From the NCBI GenBank assembly GCA_030390025.1, contig CM059432.1, positions 105,216,001 through 105,280,000 on the forward strand: a stretch of 64,000 nucleotides of DNA, written 5' to 3'. Below, in pieces: positions 1 through 13,552 of this stretch (positions are counted from its first letter, which is position 1; each line of letters begins with the position of its first letter). The DNA comes from Squalus acanthias. Its lineage: Eukaryota. The position numbers and the translations under genes were made by a program. A model generated the notes under the pieces. That model was given only the letters and a program-made list of their open reading frames with translations, had not been told where the DNA came from and searched no databases.

Positions 1-205
1 TTTTGGGGCAGAGAATTCTAGATTTCCACTACACTTTGTGTGAAGAAGTGCTTCCTGTCATCAACCCCAAACTGTCTAACTCTAATTTGAAAGCACTGCC
101 CCCTTGTTCCAGACTCCCCCCACCAGAGGAAATAGTTTCTCTCTATCTACCCTATCAAATCCTTCAATCATCTTAAACACATCAATTAGATCATCCTTTA
201 ATCTT
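1..205 (-). mobile_element. CR1 LINE 3' ORF2 fragment (runs off window edge)
   Basis: Resembles the minus-strand CR1 3' ends at 20450-20720 and 16620-16860 (GAATTC..GATTTCCAC..GTGAAGAA, GGAAATAGTTTCTCTCTATCTACCCTATCAAA). Confidence 0.8.
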
Positions 206-719
206 ATTTTTTTCCCCTATTCCCATAAATTGTGCAATTAACAGGAATAGGGAAAAAATCATTTACATTCTCTGAACCATACCTTACCATAAATAGATTT
301 GCTCTTAAAGGAACATTTCCAGATACAGTCTAGTTCTCAATTCAGTTATTTAATTCAAATCATATGATAATTGAAATTATTTAAAAACAAATTTCCCACT
401 TTGCTGTGCTATATTTTTAAAATTTAAATTAGAGAATAATTTGAATTTCTAAGCACAAAATTGACAATATCTCTTAGCAGAATATTTTGTAGATTGCAGT
501 TAGTTATGACTGTTTCAGATACCATCCTTATTGTCAAGCTGATGCAGCGTGAAACAAATGGTGATGTCGAAGCCATGCTTATCTTTTTTCCCCTCCCCTA
601 ATCAAAAATGACAACATTTAACAGGCAGAACTTCACAATGAAAAATTTCTATTCTCAGACTTTCTGAAGTGGAAAGATCTCTTAAGTTCAGAACACTAAT
701 AATGTTGCTGCTATGGGCA

Positions 720-880
720 AAACTTTCAACTTCAGTAGGAGCGCAAAACAGGCGATATCGGATTGGCTGCCCATTAAACACCCCGCCTGATTTTTCATTT
801 CCATTTAAGGAAAAATCGGGCGGGGTGTATAATGGGTGGTTGATCCAACACAGACAGTTTTCCGCCCACACCAAAGTTCT
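720..880. repeat. Short palindromic (hairpin) MITE-like element
   Basis: Arms 770-796 (CCCATTAAACACCCCGCCTGATTTTTC) and 810-836 are reverse complements at 25/27; weaker symmetry extends outward. Confidence 0.7.
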
Positions 881-1933
881 AACATATGTGTCAATCCATT
901 CACCAGCTTCGTCCGTGACCTCACATATGTATTCAGTCACCAGAGACTATCAAAAATAACACTGACCAACGTGTAATGTATTCACAATACTCGTAAACTG
1001 AACCTGATTCTAATGTGCAAAGGAATAGTGCAAATTAAATGATTCTTCCAGAAATCAAGAATTAATTTAAAGAGTTTGTGACTGAATGGTATTGTACTTT
1101 TCCATTGCGCCAAAGTAACCTTTACTCAATTGTAATTTGAAGTCACATTTGACTAAGCTATCTACAGAAGTGTACTTTTGATTAAAAATAATACATCTAT
1201 AGATCATTCAGTCAAATGCATGACTTGCAAATGCATTAGAGGCAAGTACATTTACCTGTATTGTGTACAAGGCCTTTTCTACTAATATTAGTGTATGTGG
1301 CTAAAATGGTATCACCATAACAATGCCTGTGGCTAGTCAGCAATTTTTAGTGGACAACACTGCTTTAGAAGAGTTTACACAAGTTATTAATTTCGCTGGC
1401 TGGCTGAAAACCATGGTTGCTACATGAAGTCCATCAATTATGTACTTGTAAGTAATAAATATGATTACTTCCAATGTAGTAACCAACCATTGAAGGCTTA
1501 ACAACTTTGTCGTTCCTCCCTTTAGAAACAGTGATTATGTTATATTATTAGATGAATTGTGATCAGATGGAGAAGGAAGCAGGTGTGGCTAGATGTAATT
1601 AAAAGCTAAATGGTTCATTAAAAATGAGTATTAATAATATAATGGCGCAAGTACTGTTTCTAAAAATAGCATGAATGTGTCTCATTCATGTACAACTTCA
1701 TGCAACTTTCATTTAGCATGTTCTAGCAACGGAGCTCATTAAGTAAAGGTTTCGAAACCTGCTGCTTCCACAAACCTTAATCTGCTTTCTCATAGAAAAA
1801 TACCTTCTCAGATTAAATATTGGGTAAATTTTCTTTCTGTCCCTCCCCAAAATTGAAACAGATCATACAAGTCCTTGGCTGGTTATCTTCACTCGCAAAA
1901 TATTTAAACTGCCCTAGTTACGCAGGAAACATT

Positions 1934-2662
1934 GGCCCGTATTTTCCGATGCCTACGGGTGTGTACGCACTGTGTACACACCCATAGGGACATCAGAAAT
2001 GCCGGTTTCAGGCATGCGAAGGGCATGCGCTGAAAACCGGCATTTCCGATCTGACAGATCGGAGGCCTGCCCTGGAGAAGGCCCTCTGCGGGCGGAGAGT
2101 TCCTCTTTCTGCAGAACCTCCGCCTGCTGAAAACACTTAGAAATCTTACGCCTGGTAAAAGCAGGTGTAAGCCCTGCTTTTACCAGCAGAAGAGTTGAAA
2201 AAAGTAAAAAAAAAAAAATTTCAACTCATTTGTAATTAAAAAAAACTTTTTTTAAAAAAGTTTATTTTTAGCCCCGTTAAAAACTTTAATTATTTTTTTC
2301 AATAAATAAAATTTTTGTTTAAAATATTTAATTTAATGTAATTTTAACTCATTTTAAAAACGTGATGGTTTAAAAAAAAATTATTGAATGTTTGAGTGTC
2401 TTTTTGGGGTGATCTCCATTCATGCTTTTGACAGGTCTAGAGGGAGATTCCCTTCTCCCATTGGCTGGCCTGGCCCACGTGATCCCAGGGATGCTTGCGA
2501 ACTGCATGCGCCCCTGGGATACGTGGGCCCTACGCATTTTGACTGTGGACAGGCCCAGCATTGGAAGTGTCCGGACCTCGGGAGCCCTCAGGTAAGAGTG
2601 TAGATTTTTTTCCTATAGGAGGCATCCGCACACTGGAAGCCTCCTATCGGAAATTACGGGCC
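1934..2662 (+). mobile_element. Harbinger/PHIS-type MITE, AT-core group
   Basis: TIRs GGCCCGTATTTTCCGAT / ATCGGAAATTACGGGCC (16/17), 3-bp TSD ATT on both sides; GC-rich ends, AT-rich core. Confidence 0.9.
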
Positions 2663-3238
2663 ATTATGTTCTACACAGCATTTGATCATTGAGTTGGCGT
2701 TGTATTAGCTGTATAACTCAGATGGCACACTTCAAAAATGATTCTGTTCTGTCTGACAATAACCCGCCCAACAAAATCTAACAGAGACTAATCACCACAG
2801 TATTGGCTCAGTCTGATAAAGTTCAAAGACCATGAAGATTTATAGCAGTACAACTTTAAAGTACTGGACAACACTGTGTAAAAAAAAAAACAAAGCAGAG
2901 AATGTAAAACTTTCACAGAACCAACTTTTGGCCCTTGCCTTTTACAACTTGCCAATTTAATAAAATATGAAAACATTAAGCAATGCCATTTAAACAGGCT
3001 AATCTGCCTTCTAAACAAAATAATTTAGCACATTGCCAATTCAGTCCTACTAGTGTGTTTAAAGGTAGTTTTACAAATTTGCTGTTAGCAACTTTCTTTT
3101 TTCATTTAGAAAGGCAGATTTCCTTTCATCAACATAAACACAAACATGATCATCCTTTTGATTTATGTAGCTAACCGTGGGTGTTATTGCTTGAACAGGG
3201 ATTACCCTCTTCTACCTCGCCGAAGTGGCCACTATTCA

Positions 3239-4973
3239 GGGGAATTTTTTGGGGGGTCAGCGGGCGCAATCGGTGGCGGGTCGGGTGGGAAAATGTTTTT
3301 TTTTGACAGGTCAGGACCCCGCTGTCACGCACTTGGCCTAAATGCCGGGTCTGTCAACACTGAGCAGACCCGACACACAGCAGCAGGGAGGCAATTCAGG
3401 TCATTATGACTTGCTAAGAGACCATTAAGAACTATTTTGAGCTCACCTTCAGAGTTTACCAGGTCGCCCATGGGGTCTACACTGCTCAGGGATCATGTCC
3501 GGTAAGCAGGTCAGGAGTTGAATGGCCATGGAATCATCTCATTACTTTGACAGCTGCAAATGTGCTATAAAAGCTCCCATCTCACAGCTGTTCACTTTCC
3601 AAGCTCAGAAGCTGTTGCTTACTGCATTTGGAAGACAGATTGAACTTTATGCAGGTTGCAAGTGTTTGGAGTAAACTCTCTATCCAGTGTCACCTCATTG
3701 GAACAACCTCTCTCACCATTGACAGATCGCTTCTGTCATCTCACGTTCACCTGCCATCTATTACATCAGCATCAGCCCTAGAAACGTTCTCATCTTGGTC
3801 CTCAGAATTTCACCACGATCAGCCCCAACACCAGCATCACCAGGCACACCAGCAGCACCAACTTTCTCCGCAATCAACTGATGCTGCACAGGACACAGGG
3901 CATCAGCACCCGACCACATTGCTGCCCAGGACGCCAGGGATGGCCTCACCATAGCCAGATTTACTTTACTTGACGCCGTACACCCTGGCTGCCATATGAT
4001 GCGCCAGGTTGGCACCACCCCACACCAACACCATAAAGCATCCCTACAATGCCCAAGCCATTCCTTTCACACTCATCAACATTGCAGGGGGGTACCGTTA
4101 TGTCTCACCATTCACTGCAACTCACTAAGCCACTTCCAAAGGTACACACAGATCTGTCCAAGAACGCAAAGTGTTCAAAATAAAGGTTTCAATGTTTGAC
4201 AGCACATTAACAGAAACTTCACATGAACATTGGCTAAAACACACACGTGCTTACCCTTGTGTGTTGTTAGTTGGTATGATTGGACTAGGATGAGGGTGAG
4301 TGCAAGAGGTGGCTAGTGAGATGGGGAAGTGATAATGTAGAGAGAGGAGGATGGGTGGAGGTGCAAGGTAAGTTGGTGTGAGTAAGGATGTGCAGGAGTA
4401 GGCTAGGGAAGGCAGAGTGATGGGGATATGATGAGTGGCACAGCAGGATGGGGCTGAGTGTGGCATGGCAGTAACGTTTCGTGATCTACTGAGATCATTG
4501 AAAGGTTTGCACCACTGCAGCCTGGTCCTCCTGACAACATCCCTGTTTGTGCCCTCCTGTGCAATGTGCAACCAGGCTGCATTGGTGTCCTGGGCAGGTC
4601 TCCTCCGCCCATTGGAAGGGAAGAGAACCACCCTGCGTGCTGTGACTCGAGTCATGGGAGAGCCTGGGTGCAGCTGTGCACCTCTGTGCAGTGCTCGTCA
4701 GTGTTTGCAGCACCTCAATGCTGTAGAACACTGACAGCACAACTGTCAAACTAAATTTACGCATGGTCCCTTTAAGGAAACTGGCGGCTGATGCGTCATC
4801 AAATGACATCATCAGACCAGCTTCCTTCAATTGGCCGGCAAACGCGCTGGGCGGGCTTAACAAGCCCAATTGGGAAAATCATTTTGGACAGCGGACTGGA
4901 GCCGGCAGCGATGCCGGGACCCGCCACCGATGTCGCCCGCCACAAACCCGCCAAGGGTGGTAAAATCCAACCC
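3239..4973. mobile_element. Internally deleted Harbinger derivative with Myb/SANT remnant
   Basis: Minus ORF 4251-4655 contains AWLHIAQEGTNRDVVRRTRLQWCKPFNDL (Myb/SANT-like signature); right ~250 bp similar to the ends of 11936-13264 and 57166-57996; ends GGGGAATTTT..AAAATCCAACCC. Confidence 0.8.
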
Positions 4974-6466
4974 TTCATGTGGGACCAGATAATGGCCAGT
5001 GGAGAAATTCACAGCCAAGCCAGAGATGGTCTTCATCCAATGACCATGTACACTTCCAACATGGCTTTGCTAGATAGCAATCAGAAATAGTAGTTGTAAT
5101 GAACTGAAATGCAGAGAAAAATAGTTGCTGACAAAAGTTAACAATTGAAATTAGAACTGAAGTTCTTATGAAGGCAAACAATAACAAGATTTAAAATTTG
5201 AGATAAAGACAAGACTAAAACTAAAGTTCAATTTATTTACAAGCTAAAATACTAGATTGTAGTCCACAATTTTTGCGACAGATGTTGTAAATTGAAACAG
5301 ATGAATAAAGTCTTAGTTATCATTCAAGCACCAGTATATTATTTAGCCCTTCTTGTGAGCCTGAGCTACGAGAAGTGAAACAATGAAGGCATTTTTCTTT
5401 TTCAAAAAGACTTTAAAAAAGAAAAATTCTGAAAAGATTAAATGAAAAACTGTTGACTGTGCTTTCTAATACTAAAACTAAAATGTGACTAACATTTGGG
5501 AACAAAAGACATAAATTAGGACTAAATTAAAGTAAGACTAAAATTAAAATTAATTCTAAGACAAACACTGATCACAAGTAGGTACTCTGGGCAATTTTCC
5601 CCTCCCTAAATCAATGGGTGCTGCGGCCAACTGTAACAAGATCAGCTAACTCAACACGTGACCAGGGATTGTACGTGGAACTTTTGTGATCTCTATGGCT
5701 CAAATAGTGGGCTAATTTAAAATTGATGGGCAGAAAATCATGAGGTGTGCCCAAATTCCCAATATGCATTCTTAGCAGACAAAATTCCATGCCAAGTGTG
5801 TGAACTCAAACAGACTCCAGTGTCTTTGCCTCCAAGTGTTCGAGTGAGCTCGCCTACTCAGTTTTCTAAGGTTTCCTTTATCAGAGAAACGCCTGGCGCC
5901 TTTTTCTTTATTTACGGAGGATAGCTGTTTCTAATATGTCAAAGAACGAAGAATATCACAAGGAGTAATGCACTGAATGGTGTTTTACCTGGTCATGCAG
6001 ATCAGAAAAGTCCTTAGTTTGACTGACGCCATGTTTCGCAATTTTTTAATTTTTTAATTTTTTAAAACCACTTTACCACAGAAAGGATTTATAAAAAAAA
6101 GTTATTTTAAATGTTGCGCTTTAAAAGCATAGTGCGTTACTGCAAATAAATAAAAAAGGGTGAGGGGGGTCTGAGATAGTTGGTAGTTAAGATGCTAATG
6201 AGCTAACTTCATGTTGTATTCTCACAGACTGTAAATAATAAGCATTTTGGTGGTTTATCTCCAACGACTAATATTCCTCATACGCATTGACTTAATCAGA
6301 AAGAGATCAAAAAACCTTCTGTGAAAATAGTCAGGAGTAAAGCAGAACATCAGATACACAAAACCCACTCTAGCTTTTACAACAGAAAAGCCCCAGAACA
6401 AAGGCTGGATCAAAAAATCAGAATGCCGAGAAGCTTTTCGGTTTGAGTTAAGTAAGACAACCTACT

Positions 6467-6655
6467 GAAACATAGAAACATACATAGAAACATAGAATCT
6501 AGGAGCAGGAGTAGGCCATTCGGCCCGTCGAGCCTGCTCCACCATTCAATACGATCATGGCTGATCATCCAAATCCAGTACCCTGTCCCTGCTTTAATCC
6601 CCACAGTACACATATCCCACCCTACCCCCGTAACCCCACGTATTTAATTCCCCCT
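6467..6655 (-). mobile_element. 5'-truncated HE1-type SINE (CR1-derived tail)
   Basis: Nearly identical to 14107-14280; ends in the (TTTCTATG)n-type CR1 tail. Confidence 0.85.
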
Positions 6656-7676
6656 AAATTGGGGTAGTATAACGCAGTCATTGTTTTTATTTCATTACAC
6701 AAAGGTGATTTGTACCAATTGAACCAAGTAAATTTAATTATAATGGTTACTCTATATGTTCACTTTACTGTGGAATAAAGCAGCTTGATGATTCAAATTA
6801 AGGCTCGACTTATCTAGTGTTAATTTAGCCTGCCTGGAGAGATTGAAGAAATACACTTGTGAAAGACACGCATATTCAGTTCAGATCACAAGGAGGTATG
6901 ATTGTTGCGTGTGGGTCCCAGTATTGTACAAGTAAATACAAGGCAGAATGAGCCAACTCCCATAAAAGATGCACAAGTCACTTGCAGGAGCGACAAATGC
7001 TGCTGAACCAGAGAAGGTATCCACGGCAGACTCCTGCATGGAGTTTGCTCATCTCAACTGGGACAATCAAGGTGTTAGAACTGGTCTCAGTGCCTTGAAA
7101 AGGAAGGGTCAAAAATTCCAAATGGTCCTTTATATTATGAACCGATGTCAGATTTTAAAAAAAAAATTGTTCCTGGGATGTGGGCGTCGCTGGCAAGGCC
7201 AGCATTTATTGCCCTCCCTAAGATAAGGGCAGGAGTTAAATTTGGCGGCGATATCCTCTAATGGAAGCACAACTTCCCGTGTACAATACACTAAGGTTGG
7301 CCACTTGAGGAAAGCACCAAAAGGCTACTGAAGCATATGGGCCCGTACGCCAGCACGAGTCACCAGAAAGAAACAGAGGGAAGAAAATACACAACTTAAA
7401 GCATTTCAGTAACAGTAACAGTTGTATGTGCATCCTGGCAAAGCTTTTGTTTTAATATAAATACAATTTCAAATGTACCTTTATGCTTCTATAATGCCAG
7501 GCCACAGGTGGCAGAGGAATATGAGGCACCAGTTCCCTCAGCTACCCCATATTCAGAATAGTGACTCTGGACAGCTAGAAGGAGTTACACATTTTAACAG
7601 ATACATTTGACAAAAGCTTTTAACAAACCACAAATTATAGTATTTTGTACTTTTGAGCTAGACTATAGATCATATA

Positions 7677-8579
7677 CAAAAGCAAAATACTGCGGATGCT
7701 GGAAATCTGAAATAAAAACAGAAAATGCTGGAAATACTCAGCAGGTCAGGCAGCATCTGTGGAGCAAGAAACAGAGTTAATGGCCCAAAAATTAGACCTA
7801 ATGCGGGAGAGTACGCACTGTGTACTCTCGCGTATTAGGTCCCGAAGTGCCGGTTTCCTGCATGCACTGCGCATGCACGGGAAACCAGCACTTCGGGTAT
7901 TGCGAAGGGGGCGGTTCCTAAGTGAACCGCGTGCGCGCTACAGGTTGTGCGCACGCAGCGCACTTAGTTTTTTTTCAGGTTTGAACGCGCAGGTAAGTGT
8001 TGAAGATTATACACACAAAGAAAGCAGGCGTAAGACCCCATTTTAACAAGGTAAGTAGTTAATTAAGTATTATTTTAAATTTTTTTCAACAGGTTTATCT
8101 TTTTTAGAGACTTTAAAGAAAGGTAAGTTTATTTTTATAACTTTTAAAAAGAATTTAAATTTTTTCAAAAATTTAAATTTTTGTTTAAAGTGGTTAATTT
8201 ATTTAACTATAGTTATTTTATTAATGTGATGGCTTTTAAAAAAAATTTAATTGAGGTTTAGCTGTTCTTTTGGGGGCTTGTTGTATTCATAGTTTTGACA
8301 GCTCTTGCTGTCAAAACTATGAATGAAAGATGGTGTGCTGCCATTGGCTCTAACTGGCCTACGTGATCCCAGAGGTCGCATCGAATTAACTGCGCCTCTG
8401 GGACACGCACACACTGCGCGCCAGCACCAGGGAGAGGCCCAGGAACTGAAGTTCGTGTGGTACAAAACCATAAAGGTAGGCGCGGAGTGCGATATCGCGG
8501 GGGATCCTTACCCCCGCGGCAACCATCGAACTCCAATTTCTGGGCCAATGTTTCAGGTCGATGACCCTTCGTCAGAACA
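7677..8579 (-). mobile_element. Short Penelope-type repeat, split by the MITE at 7782-8546
   Basis: Halves 7677-7781 and 8547-8579 rejoin to match the uninterrupted copy at 37759-37880; minus strand carries CTGACGA-stem-GAAAC. Confidence 0.7.
7782..8546 (+). mobile_element. Harbinger/PHIS-type MITE, AT-core group (subfamily shared with 17592 and 28431)
   Basis: GGCCCAAAAATT..AATTTCTGGGCC termini; TSD AAT supported by the empty site in the host-repeat copy near 37855; full-length similarity to 17592-18358. Confidence 0.92.
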
Positions 8580-9099
8580 TATAGATCATGTACCTTGCTT
8601 TGTAGAAGCCAATTATTATATATGGATACCATCAGTCATGCAGCAAGAGCAAATAAATTCAACAGTTGTGTTCGAAAGATTTCTGGCAAGTACAGTCAGC
8701 TTTTCTGTATTTTATCCAGAATAAACTTAAGCCCAAGTGCACTGAATGGAAATTATGATATAAAAATCAAGAGAACACCAGAATATCTAACCTTACATAC
8801 TACATTAATTATCCTGGACTCGTTTCTCTCCTTGGCATGACATTTCTATTATCTCAGCAACTCAGGAACCGTCATGTTCCACACACTGTTCATAATCATC
8901 TCGATCTGTTCTTTCCCTCAGAATTTTATCCTGTTCATTCAGTCTTCTTTTCAAAGCATGTTGATCAACACAGCATTAACTGCTATTGCCAAGAATCTAT
9001 TCCACATATTTTCCAGGGAAAATATGTGCCTCATCTCACGCATTGCTTGAGGCTTATTAATTTTAAACAGTCACACAGTTACATGTTCAGTCTTTAAAA

Positions 9100-10335
9100 A
9101 AAAATTCTCAGGCTGTGGACATCACTGCAAGGCTAGTATTTATTGACCATCCCTAGTTGCCCTCGAGAAGGTTGTGCTGGGCATTCTTCTTGAACCGCTG
9201 CAGTCCGTGTGGGGAAGGTGCTCATACAATGCTGTTAGGTAGGAAGTTCCAGGATTTTGACTGAGGGTGGTGTATGACTTGGAGGTTGTGGTGTTCCCAA
9301 GCACCTGTAGCCCTCGTCTTTCTAGGTGGTGAACATTGCGGCTTTAGGAGGTGCTGCCGAAGCAGCCTTGGCGAGTGGCTGCAGTGCATCCTGCAGATAG
9401 TACCCTTTACAGCCACTGGATGCCGGTGGTAGAGGGAGTGGATGTTTAGATTAGCGGATTAGGTGGAAATCAAGCAGACTGCTTTGTCCTGATTGGTTTA
9501 GAGCTTCTTGAATGATGTTGCGACCGCACCAATCCAGACAAGTGAGAGCATTCCAATACATTCCTGACTTATGCCTGGTAGGTGGCGGAAAGGCTTTGGG
9601 GCGTTGGGAGGTGAGCCACACGCAGAATACCCAGCTTTTGACCTGCTCTAGTAGCCATGGCACTTTTGTGGTTGGTTCAGTTGAGTTTCTAGTCAATGGT
9701 GACCCCCCCCAGGGTGTTGACAGTGAGGGATTCAGCTATGGTAATGTCATTGACTGTTAAGGGGAAGTGGTTAGACTCTCCCTTGTTGTAGATGGTCATT
9801 GCCTGACACGTGTGGTGTGAATGTTACTTGTCACTTATCAGCCCAAGCCTGGATGGTGTCCAGGTCTTGCTGCATGTGGGCACGGACTGCTTAGTTATCT
9901 GAGGAATTGCAATTGGAGCTGAACACTGTGAAATCATCAGCCTCACTTCTGACCTTGCGTTGGAGGAAAGGTCATTGTTGAAGCATCTGAAGATAGTTGG
10001 GCCTAGGAACTCCTACAGTGATTTCCTGGGGCTGAGATGATTGACCTCCAACAATCACAACCATCTTCCTTTCTATTAGTTATGACTCCAGCCACTGGAG
10101 AGTTTCCCCCTGATTTGCATTGACTTCAGTTTAACTAGGGCTCTTTGTTGCCACACTTGCTCAAATGCTGCCTTGATGTCAAGGGCAGTCACTCTCATCT
10201 CACTTCAGGAATTCACGACCATGTTTGGATCAAGGCTGTAATGAAGTCTGGAGCAGAGTGGTCATTTCAGCACCCAAACTGAACATAGGTGAGTAGGTTA
10301 TTGGTGAGTAAGTGCCGCTTGATAGTGCTGTTGAC
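9100..10335 (-). mobile_element. LINE 3' fragment, second CR1-like family
   Basis: Degenerate RT C-terminus and 3' tail shared with 47060-47325, 56126-56535 and 32170-32412. Confidence 0.75.
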
Positions 10336-10859
10336 AACTCCCAAGTTAAATAACCTGCTTGTGTCTAAGTTATCCATTCCTCTCATTTTAAAACCTTTCT
10401 TTCTCCAATAAAAACAAAATTTAGCTCGGTGAATCGTTCTAAATAAGTTAAAGTTCCAAAAGCCAGAATGTTCATCAATCTTCCCCGAAACCTATCTGAC
10501 ACACTAAATCCTCAAATTACACAATACTTCAAAACTTTGTCTCACTAATGATTATACAAAGTTAGAATAACTTGATTTAAAGCCAAATGGCTTGAAGATA
10601 TATCCAATTATATCATTTGCCTTAATGCTAATAATTTCCCCTTAACTGGGCACTTTTAAGAAATGGTCAATCAGACTCGACCCATTTTGCACCTCTGCTA
10701 ATACACACACCATCACATACACGTTTCATTTATCTTTATCACAGATAAATACAAGGTTTTTAAAAAATATACACCTTACATTTACCTCTGCGATTGGGAT
10801 CAACATTAATCCAACTGCCCAGGTGACACAGTGGTGCTCAGTGTTACAGCACTAACCCG

Positions 10860-11725
10860 CAGTATGCAAACGACACCCAGCTCTACCTCACCACCACCTT
10901 TCTCAACCCCTCCATTGTCTCTAATTTTTCACACTGCTTGACAACATCCAATACTGGATGAGCAGAAATTTCCTCCAACTAAATATTGGGAAGACCGAAG
11001 TCATTGTCTTCGTTCCCTAGCTACCGACTCTATCCATCTCCCTGGCAACTGTCTGAGGCTGACCCCGAGATGAGTTTCCGACCACATATCTGTTCCATCA
11101 CCAAGACTGTAACATCGCTCGACTCCGCGCCCTGCCTCAGCTTATCTGCTGCTGAAACCCTCAACCATGCCTTTGTTACCTCTAGACTTGACTATTCCAA
11201 TGCTCTACTGGCCGAGCTCCCATCTTCCACCTTCCATAAACTTGAGCTCATCCAAAACTCCGATGCTTGTATCCTAATTTGCACCAAGTTCCATTCACCC
11301 ATCACCCCTGTGCTCGCTGACCTACATTAGATCCTGGTTCGGCAACACCTCAATTTAAAAATTCTCATCCTTGTTTTAAAATCCCTCCATGGCCTCGCCC
11401 CTTCCTATCTCTATAACCTCCTCCAGCCCTTCAACCCTCAGAGATCTCTGCATTCCTTCAATTCCTGCCTCTTGCGCATCCCCAATTTTAATCGCTCTAC
11501 CTTTGTTGGCCGTGCCTTCATCTGCCTCAGTCCAAAGCTAGGAAATTCCCTCCCTAAACCTCTCCGCCTCTCTTTCCTCCTTTAAGACGCTCCTTAAAAC
11601 CTGCCTCCATCTGTCCTAATATCTCTTTATGTGGCTCAGTGTCAAATTTTGTTTGATAAGGCTCCTGTGAAGCACTTTAGGACGTTTTACTATGTTAAAG
11701 GTGCTATGTAAATACAAGTTTTTGT
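10860..11725 (+). mobile_element. L2-type LINE 3' fragment
   Basis: YA(N)DTQLYL at ~10863, HAFVTSRLDYSNALL in ORF 10986-11330, terminal AAGGTGCTATGTAAATACAAGT tail. Confidence 0.85.
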
Positions 11726-11935
11726 TTCTGCACGCTAAGTTTTTGTGTTTCCTGTACGAGGACAATAAATCTCTGAACACCACCATATAATATTTTCTCA
11801 CTAATTAAAAAAAAATCTATTTTCTATTCTTCCTACCAAAGTGAATAACCTCACATTTATTTCCTCACATTATAGTCCATCTGCCATCTTACTGCCCACT
11901 CACTTAGTCTATCTATATCCCTTTGCAGACTCTTT

Positions 11936-13264
11936 GGCCGGAATTTTGCCGGTCCTCAGAGTGCAGGATTGGAGGCGGGACCGCTGTCAAAATCAAAGAT
12001 TGACAGCAGGCAGGAAACCCGCTGTCAACCCGCCTCCAATCAATCTTCCCAAGTGTTGGGTCCCCAATTTGCGCATGGACCCGACACCTAGCGGCAGGAA
12101 GAGGATTATAGCCACTTACCTGGCTGTTAACAGGTACTTGATACTTGTTAACAGGCTCTTTTTCAATGTTGCTGCTTCTGCCTCGGGTTCCCCGACATCC
12201 GGACACCACGTCAGGTAAGTGTGGCGTGTTGCGAGTCTGCTGTAATGTTTCTGCATTGATGACAGCTGCAGAAGTGGTGTGAAGGATCCAATGGTGCACT
12301 GGTGAGTTTCAGAGGTAAGGAAATGTTGGGAAAATCATTTTTAATGTATTTACTCTTTTCTGGAGGTAACAAGTTTTGAATTGGCTGTCTAGTCCCACCT
12401 CATTGGTAGAACCTCTCAACACTGTCACATCGCTTCTGTAACCTCACCTGCAGTTGCCATCTGTTCTAGCCTAAGGAGGGAGTCACTGGGAGCAAGAGCC
12501 CACCTGTGAACAGTCATTGTCAGTGTTTGCAGCACCTCAATGCTGTCAAACACGGAGAAATGTTGCCGGGAGTAGAGAATCTTAGCTATGAGGAAAGACT
12601 GGATAGGCTGGATCTGTTTTCCTTGGAACAGAGGAGGCTGAGGGGAGACCTTATTGAGGTGCATAAAATTATGAGGGGCATAGATAAAGTGGATAGAAAG
12701 GACCTATTTCCCTTAGCAGAAGGGTCAAAAACCAGGGGGCACAGATTTAAAGTAATTGGGGGAAGGTTTAGAGGGGATTTGAGGGAGATTTCTTCACCCA
12801 GAGGGTTGTGGGGGTCTGGAACTCACTGCTTGAAAGGGTGGTAGAAGCAGGAACCCTAACCACATTTAAAAAGTACTTGGATGTGCACTTGGGATGCTCT
12901 AACCTGCAGGGCTACGGCCCAAGAGCTGGGAAGTAGGATTAGGCTAGATAGCTCTTTGTTGGCTAGCGCGGATACAATGGGCCGAAATGGCCTCCTTCCG
13001 TGCTGTAATTTTCTATGATTCTATGAAATGAGCTGTCAAAGAAAAATTGTGCGTGGTCCCTTTAAGAAAACCAGCAAATAACACGTCATCAAATTAAGTC
13101 ATCTGACCGGCTTCTTAATTGGCCGGCAAGCCCGCAGGGTGGGCTTAACAAGGCCGATCGACGTAAAATCACATCCGTTGACCGGATGCAGTTGGGGGCC
13201 GGGACTGGAACCCGGAAACCAGCTGACCCGCTCCCAAGCCGCATCCATTTGCAAAATCGCAGCC
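11936..13264. mobile_element. Non-autonomous Harbinger derivative
   Basis: Termini GGCCGGAATTTTGC / GCAAAATCGCAGCC, TSD TTT; collinear with 57166-57996 apart from an internal CR1 insertion. Confidence 0.85.
12563..13024 (+). mobile_element. 5'-truncated CR1 inserted in the Harbinger derivative
   Basis: LSYEERLDRLDLFSLEQRRLRGDLIEV; TTCTATGATTCTATG tail; flanking direct repeat GAAATG (12557-12562, 13025-13030). Confidence 0.9.
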
Positions 13265-13552
13265 TTTGTGTTCTCCTCACAGTTTACTTTCCCACCTAAG
13301 TTTGTATCGTTAGCAAACTTGGATACATTACACTTGGTCCCTTCATCCAAGTCATTAATATAGATTGTATATAACTGAGACCTAAGCACTGATCCTTGCG
13401 GCACCCCACTAATTACAGGCTGTCAATCTGAAAATGATTCGTTTCTCCCTACTCTTGGTTTTCTGTCCATTAACCAATCCACTATCCATGGTAATATATT
13501 ACCCCCAAACCCAAGGTGGGGGGGGGGGGGCGGGGAGAAGACTGCAGGCGGC

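Larger units (their letters stand above)
11760..13512 (-). mobile_element. CR1 RT fragment hosting a nested Harbinger derivative
   Basis: [33 protein letters not shown] in ORF 13099-13404; host sequence resumes left of 11936. Confidence 0.85.

Noticed and set aside
3628..3954. His/Gln-rich 108-aa ORF as a novel gene
   Set aside because: Lies inside a Harbinger derivative; low-complexity CAC/CAG sequence, probably a decayed transposase 5' region.
13518..13535. Poly-G tracts (also ~23760-23780) as functional G-quadruplex elements
   Set aside because: Simple homopolymers within or at the junctions of TE fragments; length is error-prone and there is no other support.
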